Positions 12,076 to 22,552 of a stretch of 64,000 nt of DNA are shown here, piece by piece (position 1 is the stretch's first letter; each line of letters starts with the position of its first letter). The stretch covers positions 1-64,000 of the forward strand of contig OZ025711.1 in the NCBI GenBank assembly GCA_964019335.1, given 5' to 3'. The notes beneath the pieces are model-generated. The model did no database searches. It was not told the origin of the DNA and was given only the letters and a program-made list of their open reading frames with translations. The translations under genes were made by a program, and so were the position numbers. The stretch comes from Diplonema japonicum (taxonomy: Eukaryota; Protista; Euglenozoa: Diplonemea).

Positions 12076-12159
12076 TGGGTTTCGCTGATTTGAGTTTCAT
12101 TTTTTTTTTTCTCTGTCTTCCTAACGGAAGGGATTGCTTTTAGAGATATAGGGCGTAAT
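11903..12159. mobile_element. Degenerate MITE-like inverted-repeat element
   Basis: ATAACGCTCCGTATCTCTAAAA (11903-11924) is an imperfect inverted repeat of TTTTAGAGATATAGGGCGTAAT (12138-12159). Confidence 0.4.
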
Positions 12160-12181
12160 AGAAAAAAAAATATATATATAT

Positions 12182-12750
12182 GAGCTCGTCCGGAAAAAAA
12201 TGTCAACAAAAGACCCTCCTATGCGGCGGAAAACCCCCGTTAAATTTCTAAGTAAAAAAGTAGTCCGACACCACTTTGTGTGCAGAAATACAGTCTAAGC
12301 TTGAACACCATATAGGTCAAAATGCTCGCCATTTGTTTTATTTTTAAAACGCACGTGCAAAAACATGTTTTTTAGAATGGTTTTTGGCAAACGATTCAAT
12401 TTGGAAGTTACAAATAACCCAGACTCCATTTTTTATTTCGTTTTTCCAAGAGGAATGGACGCAGATTGAAAATCTGTGAAACTTTTGGGGTCATTTTGGG
12501 TGGGCTGGACTCTAAATCACTATTAAAATGGGGTGGGGAGAACTTACCCTTAAAGTGCCATTTTGGCCTGGTTGCAAAGCCTGCCACCCTCATGGCAAAA
12601 CAAGCATCGCAATTGAAAGAACGGCCTCATGTACACCATATATGTCATCTTCCTATGGTTGCATGCTGCCCTTTTTTTGCTCAAATAATCAAAACAAGAA
12701 ATTTTCGGAGGTGCCCATAAAAGTGTTGACATTTCCGTCCGGACGAGCTC
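12182..12750. mobile_element. Sola-type non-autonomous DNA transposon
   Basis: About 26-bp TIRs (GAGCTCGTCCGGA..AAATGTCAACA / TGTTGACATTT..TCCGGACGAGCTC), GAG...CTC termini, and a 4-bp ATAT target-site duplication (12178-12181, 12751-12754), matching described Sola hallmarks. Confidence 0.7.
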
Positions 12751-12759
12751 ATATTTGAG

Positions 12760-13073
12760 TTAAAGGAGGCCGGTGTTGGCGGCGCCCTGCACAAGAACTG
12801 TTTATTTGATTACAGGGGGCGCACCGCAGCCGAGTTGTAGCTTCTTTTGCGTTCCGCGTCGTGTCCTTAATGCGTGCGGTGTGCAGCTCAACCCCAGCCG
12901 GTGCGTCCCGGGTAACCAAGATTCTGCGCTCGTGCAGTTTGCTGCCTGTTCGTCACCCTGAGCATCTGCATTATGTTCTTCCACTCGGGCGCTACCGGTG
13001 ATGACCGACGAGAGGTCAGCAGCGAACAACACATCTGATGTTTTTCTTATATTTTCATGTTATCCCCACCACC
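12760..13073. repeat. About 300-bp GC-rich dispersed repeat, copy B
   Basis: Homologous to 8673-8980 with scattered substitutions and small indels. Confidence 0.85.
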
Positions 13074-13471
13074 AAAAAAAGAGAGACTTTTTTTAAAAAA
13101 AGAACGTGGAATCGTAGGGTAATTACTACTTAACTCAAAGTGAAGTTTAGATCCCAGATTGTTTAAATGGACCTTGACCCGTCCTATTGGGAGACTACTA
13201 TAGAGCATCTACTACGGGTGCGGGGACAAGTAAGATTAAACCGTATGGGAGGGGTTAGGAGGGTTTAAAAGAAGAGAGAAAAGGTAGGGGGGGGGGGGGG
13301 GGGGGGCTTCGCATATATTTTTTGTGCAATTGCAAATCCTGTTGCCCGTGATACAATACACGCTTTTTTCCTCTTCTCTTTTTCTTTTTTTTTTTTTTTT
13401 TGCATGGTGCCCTACTCTTTTTTTTTTTGTCTGTTAACGAAGAAGGGAGGAAATAAGAAGGGGGAAAAAAA

Positions 13472-13879
13472 TCAGCAAGCAAGCAAGGGGGCATCAAGAC
13501 CACCGACAGACAATGAAGGATGCTTCCCTTCAGGAGGAGGTGGTGTAGGTGGAGTTGAGGGACTCGGGACTTCCGCATCGCTAAGAGGTGTTGGGGCTAG
13601 TTTCTCCTTCACTGTGGGGCAGATTGGAAATCCGAACTTGAGGGTGATACACAGAAGTACGCAACAGAGACACAGCAGGCCACACCCCACAAATATCAGC
13701 ACCAGGTGGCGATTGCTGCACTGGCTTTCCGGGGCACAATAGCCATCCAAGCAGCAGGACTCACAACCTCCTTCCTGCGGAACCCACTCTTGTCTCACCC
13801 CGTGCCAACACTTCTCCTCACCGACCACCCCTCCCACCAACACACACAGAAGGACTGCACACCTCACATGGCACCCCAT
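13472..13879 (-). CDS. Small type-I membrane protein (signal peptide, Cys-rich ectodomain, TM, Pro-rich tail; Shisa/WBP1-like architecture)
   Basis: MGCHVRCAVLLCVLVGGVVG signal; C..GCESCCLDGYC...C; hydrophobic LVLIFVGCGLLCLCCVLLCI; PSTPPTPPPP. Pyrimidine-rich acceptor TTTTCCTCCCTACAG just upstream. Confidence 0.7.
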   Translation of the reverse strand: MGCHVRCAVLLCVLVGGVVGEEKCWHGVRQEWVPQEGGCESCCLDGYCAPESQCSNRHLVLIFVGCGLLCLCCVLLCITLKFGFPICPTVKEKLAPTPLSDAEVPSPSTPPTPPPPEGKHPSLSVGGLDAPLLAC

Positions 13880-14022
13880 CTCCCTTCGCAACCTGTAGGG
13901 AGGAAAATATTACTGTGAATACAAAATTGAAACCTCCACCTAGCAAAAAAAAAAAAAAAATGTTGGGCTGACAAAAAAAAAAGAATTCCGGATGCCAAGG
14001 CAGGGGGTGGGGGGTGGGGGGT

Positions 14023-14515
14023 GATCAGCAGCTCTTGTATCTGTACAGCTAAAAGGGGGCAAAAACCCCCTTCCGTTCAGGTCCATTGTGTGTGTTGATT
14101 TGGTAATGATCATCATCTGGTTACTCGAGCAAAGGATAAACCCAGGGCCCAATAAAAAAAAAGAAGAAGAAGAAAATAGAATCAGCAGCTCTTGTATCTG
14201 TACAGCTAAAAAAGGGTCAAAGAATGCCCCCTCCCCATTCAGGTCCATTGTGTGTGTTGATTTGGAAATGATCATCATTTGTTACCTTTAAAAAAAAAGA
14301 AATCAGCAGCTCTTGTATCTGTACAGCTAAAAGGTTTTTAAGCCTTCCGTTCAGGTCCATTGTGTGTGTTGATGTAGTAATGATCATCAAGGGTACGGCT
14401 CACCGGGTGTGGAAATGGGGAAGTCAGCAGCTCTTGTATCTGTACAGCCAAAAGAAGCCAATGCCTCTTCCGTTCAGGTCCATTGTGTGTGTTAATTTGG
14501 AAATGGTCATCATAA
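14023..14515 (-). ncRNA. Tandem array of 4 paralogous box C/D snoRNAs (about 14023-14118, 14180-14280, 14301-14392, 14422-14515)
   Basis: Each 90-100-nt unit has a 5' (A/T)TGATGA C box, an internal CTGA (D'), a 3' CTGA D box, conserved segments upstream of D' and D, and unrelated spacers. Confidence 0.85.
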
Positions 14516-15074
14516 GTCAATCCCCACCCCGTAATGCCAGCAGTATAAAATAAATAGAAGAAAAAGAAGAAAGGAAAAAAAGAAAAAAAGAGAAAAAAAA
14601 AAGAACAACTAAGGTTTAACGGGCAGCAGGGCAACTGCCTACGTGAGTTACGCACCAGGGACGGAAGGAATGAAGAGGAAGAAGGGAAGAAGAAAAAAAA
14701 CAAGATGCAACAAGATGGGGATGGGGGGTGAGGGGTAAAGAAAAAAAAGAAAAAAAAAAAACACCCGGATTGGAAAAAAATAAAAAAAACGTTTTTTTCT
14801 TTTGTTTTTTTTTTCTTTTTTGTTTCAGTTTTAAGATTCTTGTTTCTTTTCATTCACTAATTCGATAATATTTTCAGCACTTTTTTTTTCTTCTTCTTCT
14901 TGATTCCCTCCTTTTGACCTTTGAATTGCCCGTCTGAATCAGAAATGACAACACACACGAAAGAAAAGCGTTTTTTTTTCTTGTAGTAGTTCTATTGGCG
15001 ATTTTACGTTCTTCTGCACAATTTTACAACTCTTTTCTTTCGCCCCTTCATCTCTATTCCCTTACACTCGTGCA

Positions 15075-16262
15075 TCAAAGGCTAAGCGGTGACAGCTTCA
15101 CAAAAGCGGTCCCGTGGGAAGGGACATTGGCGGAGTAGGAAGTCTGGAAGGTACCAATATCAGACTGGTTCCAAATACTCCTCACGTGCATGGGGGTTGT
15201 GATCCCAGCAGAGGAGAAGGTGAAGGTCACAGTGCTGGAAGCAGAACCCGGGTTGTAAAGCGCTGCGGCGAAGGTGTTGTTGGAAAGTTCCCTCACCCAC
15301 ACCTGACCATTCGCGTTGCTGCGCCTGAAACCCATCTTACCAAGAGGGTCCTGGTCAACAGCGATGGCTTCCTTGTTCAGCAAGATTGCCCTGTGAGCAG
15401 CAGGGACTGTTCTCAGGTCGTTACCCATGATGAGTGGGGCTGCGGAGATGGACCAGATGGCCATCTGTGTCCTCGCCTCGTCCTCCGTGATGCAGGTGTT
15501 CCCAATGAGGAGCATGTCAGGGTCGTTCCAGTGCCCGGGGGCCGCGTACTTCGCAAGGAATTCCCCGTACGTCCCCCAGTGTTCGATGATGCCAGAAAGG
15601 GACCCCCAGTTGCACTGGATGTCAGCCCAGTTCCTCCACAGGTTGCAGTGCGACTCGATCATTGCAGAGTACGGCTTTGTGGTCTCGTTGCTGCCAAGGT
15701 ACGCAGGCCACGAGCAGCTGTACACAATGTCCCTCCCAGACTCCACAAGCGAAGCACCCATAAGGGGGTACCCTGTCTGGTAGTATGTAGGGTTGCCACA
15801 GCCGTCAACCTTTAGGTAGTCAACACCCCATTCTGCAAAGGTGACTGCGTCAACAGACTCGTAACCGGCAGATGCGGGGTAACCTGCGCAGGTAGTGGGG
15901 CTCTCGGCGGTGTAGATGGCGAATTTCACGTTCTTCTGGTGCATGTAGTCGCCAAGTGCCTTGAAGCCGGACGGGAACCTCTGAGAGTCAGGGGAGAGCC
16001 TCCCCTGCGCGTCTCTGAACGGTTTCCTCTGCATCCAGCAGTCGTCGAGGTGGATACCGTCATACCCGGCAGCGAGATACCCCCCAGTGACAAGTTCGTC
16101 GGTCATTGTCTTGTAGAGGTTTTCATTGATGCACGAGCCATTGTGGTTCACGCAGTCTGTTTCGCACCTGAATACTTCCCAGCTCATCCACCCCATGGGC
16201 GGCGTGGGGGAGAGGTTCGAGGCAGCAATCGCCCCAGCAAACATTACCATAGAGGACAGCAT
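15075..16262 (-). CDS. Glycoside hydrolase family 27 (alpha-N-acetylgalactosaminidase / alpha-galactosidase)
   Basis: TPPMGWMSW, LDDCW, WGVDYLKVDGC, CNLWRNWADI, WNDPDML motifs; signal peptide. Confidence 0.95.
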   Translation of the reverse strand: MLSSMVMFAGAIAASNLSPTPPMGWMSWEVFRCETDCVNHNGSCINENLYKTMTDELVTGGYLAAGYDGIHLDDCWMQRKPFRDAQGRLSPDSQRFPSGFKALGDYMHQKNVKFAIYTAESPTTCAGYPASAGYESVDAVTFAEWGVDYLKVDGCGNPTYYQTGYPLMGASLVESGRDIVYSCSWPAYLGSNETTKPYSAMIESHCNLWRNWADIQCNWGSLSGIIEHWGTYGEFLAKYAAPGHWNDPDMLLIGNTCITEDEARTQMAIWSISAAPLIMGNDLRTVPAAHRAILLNKEAIAVDQDPLGKMGFRRSNANGQVWVRELSNNTFAAALYNPGSASSTVTFTFSSAGITTPMHVRSIWNQSDIGTFQTSYSANVPSHGTAFVKLSPLSL

Positions 16263-16736
16263 TTTTTTTTTTTTTTGTTCCCTTTTTTTATTATTATTGA
16301 AAGGTGGTTTTCAAGTGTAAGGTATCACATAAATAAAAAAAAGAAAATTTCTTTTCGCTCCTCTTCTCTCGACGTTGTTAATGAAGTTTTTTTTTTAAAA
16401 AAAAAGGGGGAAAAAAAAGAAGAAATTGTTGGGTAAGGGGCGGAGTTGAGAGAAGAAAGAGAAAAGAGGAAGAAGAAGCTATCCTACGGGTTTATGAATA
16501 GCTTCGTTCTTAAAGAAATAAAGAAAGAACAAAACGTTACATTCCGAGTCGGTGCCCGATAAATATTTTTTTTCTCTCTTCCTTTCATTTTTATTTTATT
16601 CTGTGGAAGAAATGAAAAGGGAAGAACAAAAAAAAAAAGAACAAAAAAAAAGAATCTGGCACGTTTTGTTGCTTGTACGAAGTCGGTAAAAAAAAAAAAA
16701 AAAAAAAAAAAACAGCTCTTTAAATTGTCGGGTATT

Positions 16737-18236
16737 TTACCAATTTTCGATTTTTTCCCTCAGCATCGCTTCCCACTTCGCCTGCGATGCAGGCAGCCCC
16801 CCATCGGCAAGCCTCGTGAATTCCATTTTCTCATCCTTCTTCTCCTCAACCGTGTATCTCGCCGACACAGGGAATTCCCCAGAACCCTCATATTCCCCCC
16901 AGACTTCAGACCCAACAGCCGATGTAACAGCCTCCGAAAACTTACAAGGCGACGCAGTAGATACCACACATAGGTGGGGACCAGGAGCCTGGTGGGTAAG
17001 CGCAGTGTGGTAAGCAACAGCAGTGTGCGGGCAGATCAAAGAGTTGTTTCTGTTCTTAAAGGTTCGGATGGCCTCTAGTGTCTCAGCATCAGTAACAGAA
17101 TTCGACGAGAAGGAGTTCTGCAGGCTTTTAATACAGGATTCAGACAGGGTTACCTTGCCCTTCTGATCCATTTCTGTCATGATCTCCCGTACCTTCCCTG
17201 TGTCACACCCAAATGAGTAGTACATCAATCTCTCAAAGTTGTAAGGATTCTGGATGTTGATCGCTTCCGATACCGTTCGGAGCATTTCATCGCTCTTATG
17301 ATACTCACCTTTACTGATGGCCCTGTGGGTGATGTCGTTGATGTTGACTGCTGCTGTGAACCGTCCTAAAGGAAGTCCCATGATCTTTGCGATGAATCCG
17401 CCTGCGATGTTTCCCATCGCACCTACAGGGATGGTAAGGTGGAGGGTGTTTGAATCCGGGTTTTCCCAGGGTTTTTCAATTTTGATGGATTTGAAGTATT
17501 GGAAGTAGATCCAGAAGAAGTGGATGGTCTGTGCGACCGGACGGCAGATGTTGTAGGAGTTGCACCCCATCACACCGTGTTTCTCCACAAAATCTTTGTC
17601 AGATTGGATTTGTTTAATGGGAATGTCCATGTCATCGCCACCTCCTTCGAATGCTGAAACTTTTACATGATCAGACCTGTTGGTGGTCATTTGAAGTTTT
17701 TGTGTCTCGGAGACCTGCCCGTGGGGGTAGAATACGTAGCATTTCATGTTGGGTGAGTTAACTGCTTTAACGGCATGGACGGCAGCTGGACCTGTGTCGC
17801 CTGTTGTCGCTGCTAATATTGTTGTTTTTTTCCCCCGCTTTCCGTTGAACACGTTTAAAAGCCCCATTAGAATGCCCATGCTGAGGTCTTTGAAACAGTG
17901 TGTCGGACCTCTCCACAACTCGGCGATTTTAAAACCGTCCTTGGTGTCCAGCAACGTCACCGCTTCCTCTGGAAAATTTTTGAAAGCGTTGTAAACCACC
18001 TTTTTCAAGTCCTCTTTTTCCACCTCGTCACCAAGGAACAGACCCATTACTTCGCAGGCGAGTTCTCTGTACCCTAGGTGTGACCATGCTTCTAAGGTGT
18101 CGTTGGACACTTTTGGGAGCTCCTCAGGGACGTAGAGACCTCCGTCTGGGGCGTACCCTGTAGTGAGTGCTTTTTCAAAGGAGTGGCGTACATCGCCCCC
18201 TCGTGTGCTTGTGTACACCAAGCTTTTGGAGGTCAT
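16737..18236 (-). CDS. thrC: Threonine synthase
   Basis: YTSTRG, GYAPDGGLYVP, ELWRGPTHCFKDL (PLP lysine), AATTGDTG, NPYNFERL, ICPHTAV, STASPCKF. Confidence 0.95.
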   Translation of the reverse strand: MTSKSLVYTSTRGGDVRHSFEKALTTGYAPDGGLYVPEELPKVSNDTLEAWSHLGYRELACEVMGLFLGDEVEKEDLKKVVYNAFKNFPEEAVTLLDTKDGFKIAELWRGPTHCFKDLSMGILMGLLNVFNGKRGKKTTILAATTGDTGPAAVHAVKAVNSPNMKCYVFYPHGQVSETQKLQMTTNRSDHVKVSAFEGGGDDMDIPIKQIQSDKDFVEKHGVMGCNSYNICRPVAQTIHFFWIYFQYFKSIKIEKPWENPDSNTLHLTIPVGAMGNIAGGFIAKIMGLPLGRFTAAVNINDITHRAISKGEYHKSDEMLRTVSEAINIQNPYNFERLMYYSFGCDTGKVREIMTEMDQKGKVTLSESCIKSLQNSFSSNSVTDAETLEAIRTFKNRNNSLICPHTAVAYHTALTHQAPGPHLCVVSTASPCKFSEAVTSAVGSEVWGEYEGSGEFPVSARYTVEEKKDEKMEFTRLADGGLPASQAKWEAMLREKIENW

Positions 18237-18900
18237 TTATTGTTACAGGCCCTTGAGTAGAACGACTTTTTTTTTTTTTTTTTTTTTTTTGGACATATTT
18301 GAAGAATAAAAAAAAAGGAGAGACAAAAAGACGCGCCTCGAGCGGCGGATGGAAAAAAAAACAAAAGGTAAAAAAAGAAAAAAAAAAGAAAAAAGATGAA
18401 AAAAAGATTACGTAGCGAAACAAAAAAAGAGAAAAAAAGTTGGGGGGGGTATGGTATGGTGGAAATTATTATTAACAGGTTGGAAAAAGAAAAAAGAAAA
18501 AAAAGAAATGGGGGTATTTTTTTCCCCCCTTCTTTTCTGACATTTAAAAAAAAAAATAAAAGTAAATTCTCTCCTTCGCATCCCCCGCCTCTTTCTCTCT
18601 CTTTTTTTTTTTGACTATTTTCTTAGATTGTTGTCTTTTTTTTTCTTTCTTCTCGCTCCCCTATTTTTTTTTTTTTTTTGCTTCTTATAGTTTGAGAATG
18701 AAGCAAAAAAAAAAAAGATGGGACGAAGAAAAAAAAAAAAACTACAAATGATGAAAATAGAAAAAAAAGAACGGGGAAGAGGGGTGGGGGGGGGGGGGTA
18801 GAAGGAGAAAAAGAAAAAAGAGAGAAAAAAAAAGTGTACAAGGGACGGGGAAGAAAAAAAAAAATAAAGTGTACAAAACAGGTAAGAAAAAAAATAATAT

Positions 18901-18944
<44 letters not shown>

Positions 18945-18952
<8 letters not shown>

Positions 18953-19355
18953 TTCTCAATATGGTTGCAGACTCTTCTGATGCCCGAAATTTTTCTGCAA
19001 CTGAACGTACGGAGGCAAGATGCTCATAAACGACTTGTGATCTGGGCTCGTCAGCGTTTTCACTTTCGCTGTCGGAAGCGGGCGGCGATGGCGGGGTGGA
19101 AGATTCTTCATCACTGTCACCAATATCCTGCAAAAACGCTTGTTCCTCTTCCCTCTCCTTGGCTTCCTGTTCTTCCAAGTCGTCCAAAAACGCCAATTCC
19201 TCATCTGCTGCCTCAACTTCCACAAGTTCCTTCTGCAACACCCGCAAGCAATCGTCCAATTTCAACTGGTGGGGCTTGCACTCTGGGGGCTCATCGTCAA
19301 CCCCCTCCGGAACTACAACCCAAGACGGGAATTGGGCTACCTTAGATGGTGACAT
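18945..19355 (-). CDS. Small acidic coiled-coil hypothetical protein
   Basis: 136-aa ORF with coding-like composition on the cluster strand; no known motif. Confidence 0.6.
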
Positions 19356-20524
19356 ATTTGTTTATGTAGAGTGTAGTAATAAAGCACCTTTATTGGAATT
19401 TTTTTTTTTTTTTTCCCGGTTGAGGGGGGAATAGAGAGCCCATGTCATTTACGAAGGTGCGGGAGTAAATAAAAAAAAAAGGGGGGCAAGTTCTACCTGA
19501 ATTTATTTTTTTTTCCCCCCCTCACTTTTTCTTTCGTTTTTGTCCCCCATTTCCTCCGGCGATTCCATTCTTTTGGAGGGAAGGAGGCATTGCAAAGATA
19601 AAGGGTAAGGGATCAAGGAGAAGAGAGAAAAAAAAAAAAAAAAGGGAAGAAAAAAAAAAAGGGATAGAAGCCTCAATAATTTTTCATCCCCTCACCCCGC
19701 GGCCCTTTGTCTTCTCTTTCACAAACAAAACTAAGGGGCGGCTTATAAGAAAACAGAAGAACATGTTAGAGCTCCCTGACCCCCCGCGTCACATGTAAAA
19801 ATATTTTAAAAAAAACGTCGATTTTTAATTAAAAAAAGAACGCACTAAGAAAAAAAAAATTGGATCTCTCATTCCCTGCCTCTACTCTACAGAAACTGTG
19901 TCTTTTTTTTCTTTTTTTCATTTCCTTTTTTTTTTACCCCCCTCCTTCTTTGTTCTTTTTTTTTTCTACTCGTCCGTTCCCAACAAAACGTGTGGCCTGT
20001 TTTTTTTTCTTTTTTTTTTTCCCTTTTTTTTTCTCCTTTTTTTTTTTCTCTCTCTCTTTTTTTTTTCTTTCTTCAAGCGTTCTTTTGTTTCTTTTTTTTT
20101 CTTCCACCCACCTTGTGAATGAGGACGGTACAAATAGTCGTTTCACAAGTACAAATCCTGAGATAAATACCACCATCTCAACTGGGCAGCACTTGTTGAA
20201 TTCAAAACTCGATCTATTTTTTGCGGTGCGCTGCTTGGTGTCCACCGTGGGTCGGGGATCCTACACGTGCCGGAGCCGTTGGGTTTGCCCCAGCCATAGA
20301 TGGCATCTGTGCTCAACAAAAAAAATATAAAAAAAAAAAAGGAGAACGAAAAAAAAAGACAAATATCGGAAGGAGGGGGGAAAAAAAGGGGGGGGGGGGA
20401 AATATATAAAAAAAAAAGAATAAACTTTTCATCTCCAAGATAAAAATTTCCCTCATTTTTTTTTTCTTTTGCATCTCACACTCAAGTAAATTGAAAATAA
20501 AAAAAAAAAAAAAAAAAAAAAATC

Positions 20525-21433
20525 TCACTCGTTCTTGCGTCTGGAGTGTTGTTGTTGCTGTTTAGGGCTGCCGCTTCCGCGGATAGAGAACATCGCCTTC
20601 AAAGATCTCGTGAAGGACGTAACAGTGGACGACGCCGATCGAGAAGAAGCTCCTGCGTGTACAGGGGTCTGGGCCTTGCGTGCCTTATTCGACCCACTCA
20701 TGGAAGACATCCCAGTTCGCGGCGCAGGCGAGTGGAATGAAAAATCATCTGTGTATGCAACATTCTCATCATCAAGCTCGTCAAAGAAGGAAGGCGCTGC
20801 AGGCGCTGTAGAAGACCTCGTTTCCTGTGGTGGTGCCACCCCTGCCGGTGCCGCCCGCTTCCTCCTAAAGTTCGCTGTCAACCGTGACCCATAAAGCTCT
20901 AAAAACTCCGGCTTACTACCCAACTCCATGCACGCCTGCAAAACCTCCTTAGTGCTCCCTATAGGTACGACAAGAACGGTATTAGGGGGAAGTGTGTCCA
21001 TATCTTGATTCATTTTTAACTGATTCACATCTTGAATAATCTCAATTGTGGATTTATACCGCAGCGCGAGTTTCATTAAGCTGTCGCCTGATTCCAGGGA
21101 GTGAAGCAGACAGATATCATCGTATTTTGAGGCGTTTTCGGGTAGCGCGGGTGAGGAGGGGATGTCAACCTCTGTTTCCTTCCTGTTCCCCGAGCAGCCT
21201 TCTAGTGTTATGTGGTGGGGCGAGTCGTACTCTACCACCACGTCCGACCTCATTGGTGCGCTGGCTTTTCGCTGCGAGACCCCAGACTGTTTCATCTGTT
21301 GGTTCCTTGTTTCCTTCTTGACAGGTAGTCTAGTCTCTTTGCCTTGCTTCTTCTTCCCGCCCCCCGTCGAGGTCGACTCGGTTTGCCAAGGGTTCCACGG
21401 TGTGCTCCCCACCTGAGCATGTCTTTTCATCAT
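20525..21433 (-). CDS. LysM-domain protein
   Basis: Starts MMKRHAQ at 21433; HSLESGDSLMKLALRYKSTIEIIQDVNQL...LVVP is a LysM signature. Confidence 0.8.
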   Translation of the reverse strand: MMKRHAQVGSTPWNPWQTESTSTGGGKKKQGKETRLPVKKETRNQQMKQSGVSQRKASAPMRSDVVVEYDSPHHITLEGCSGNRKETEVDIPSSPALPENASKYDDICLLHSLESGDSLMKLALRYKSTIEIIQDVNQLKMNQDMDTLPPNTVLVVPIGSTKEVLQACMELGSKPEFLELYGSRLTANFRRKRAAPAGVAPPQETRSSTAPAAPSFFDELDDENVAYTDDFSFHSPAPRTGMSSMSGSNKARKAQTPVHAGASSRSASSTVTSFTRSLKAMFSIRGSGSPKQQQQHSRRKNE

Positions 21434-21494
21434 TTTTGCAAACTTTCTTTTTTTTGTTGTGGAATAGTGGGATGGGGAGGGGGGGGGGGGATCT

Positions 21495-21539
<45 letters not shown>

Positions 21540-21545
21540 TGGAGG

Positions 21546-21720
21546 TGATGTATTACACATGGTTGTCCCACGCCGCGCCAGGGCCTGAAGGCTGCACAGC
21601 TGGGTTAGAATATGTGTACCGCAGCAAGGGGCTTGCGCCTCCTGTTGGCTTGCTTTACGAGCCGATCAGCGGGGAGCTGTGCACCATCAGCAAGGTGCCT
21701 CCCATCCAAGTGTCGGTCGA
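21546..21720 (-). ncRNA. snR30: snR30/U17 H/ACA snoRNA, copy 1
   Basis: 5' hairpin, H box AAAGCA, and a 3' hairpin carrying m1-like AUAUUCUA and m2-like CAACCAU. m2 lies 7 nt before an ACA box, the diagnostic snR30/U17 layout. Confidence 0.85.
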
Positions 21721-21809
21721 TGTGTATGGTTTGACCTCATTGGTCGTCTTTTGTTATTATTATTATTGTTATTTTAGCTAATCAACCCTCTCTTCCCTTT
21801 TTTGGGGGT

Positions 21810-21912
21810 GATCAGGCCTGTTGAGTTTGACATAATTTTTGTGGTTTAGCTCCACACGGAGGTCAGTGACAGTGATCTCCATAAAGCCGAAACAATGTTA
21901 TGCATCATGTGT
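21810..21912 (-). ncRNA. Box C/D snoRNA family B, copy 1 (others about 22133-22235, 22684-22786, 23079-23181)
   Basis: Variant C box ATGATGC, internal CTGA, terminal CTGA preceded by TCAAACTCAACAGG, complementary to the conserved LSU rRNA stretch CCUGUUGAG(C/U)UUGA. Confidence 0.8.
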
Positions 21913-21990
21913 AGTTTGCAGGGGGGAGGGGGGACAAAAAAACCATAAAAGCTTCGGGTGTTCACAAAGAGACCTTCACTATATCACATG

Positions 21991-22076
21991 TATCAGCAGC
22001 TTATGTGGAAACGTTCGTATCATTCAATTGTCAAACTCGAAAGATGGTGATTTAGTTTTTGTTTGTCATCACTTGT
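21991..22076 (-). ncRNA. Box C/D snoRNA family C, copy 1 (second copy about 22938-23023)
   Basis: GTGATGA C box, CTGA D box. Guide TCACCATCTTTCG before a TTGA D' box is complementary to LSU CGAAAGAUGGUGA; the D'+5 rule points to the G equivalent to yeast Gm805 (snR39B site). Confidence 0.8.
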
Positions 22077-22377
22077 GTTGTATTTCTACTGGTTTTTCTT
22101 GCAGCCGAAAAAAAAAAAAAGAGGGTGGATACGATCAGGCCTGTTGAGTTTGACATAATTTTTGTGGTTTAGCTCCACACGGAGGTCAGTGACAGTGATC
22201 TCCATAAAGCTGAAACAATTTCATGCATCATGTGTAGTTTGCAAAAGGAAAAACAAAAAAGCCACAAAAAGCATCCCTCTGGGGTTTAAAGAAAAGCATT
22301 GGGTGTGTTCACAAAGAGACTTTCACTATATCACTTGTGTCATCATAGGGGTACCGGTTTCAGGTGTGTCACACAGG

Positions 22378-22552
22378 TGATGTATTACACATGGTTGTCC
22401 CACGCCGCGTCAGGGCCTGAAGGCTGCACAGCTGGGTTAGAATATGTGTACCGCAGCAAGGGGCTTGCACTCCCTGTTGGCTTGCTTTACGAACCGATCA
22501 GCGGGGAGCTGTGCACCATCAGCAAGGTGCCTCCCATCCAAGTGTCGGTCGA
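22378..22552 (-). ncRNA. snR30: snR30/U17 H/ACA snoRNA, copy 2
   Basis: Near-identical to copy 1, with m1, m2, H and ACA retained. Confidence 0.85.

Noticed and set aside
14034-14050. GUACAGA in the 14-kb snoRNAs as an anti-SL RNA guide
   Set aside because: Only 7 nt of complementarity, and not adjacent to a D or D' box.
20110-20310. GC-richer patch resembling a small exon
   Set aside because: No convincing reading frame or partner exons.
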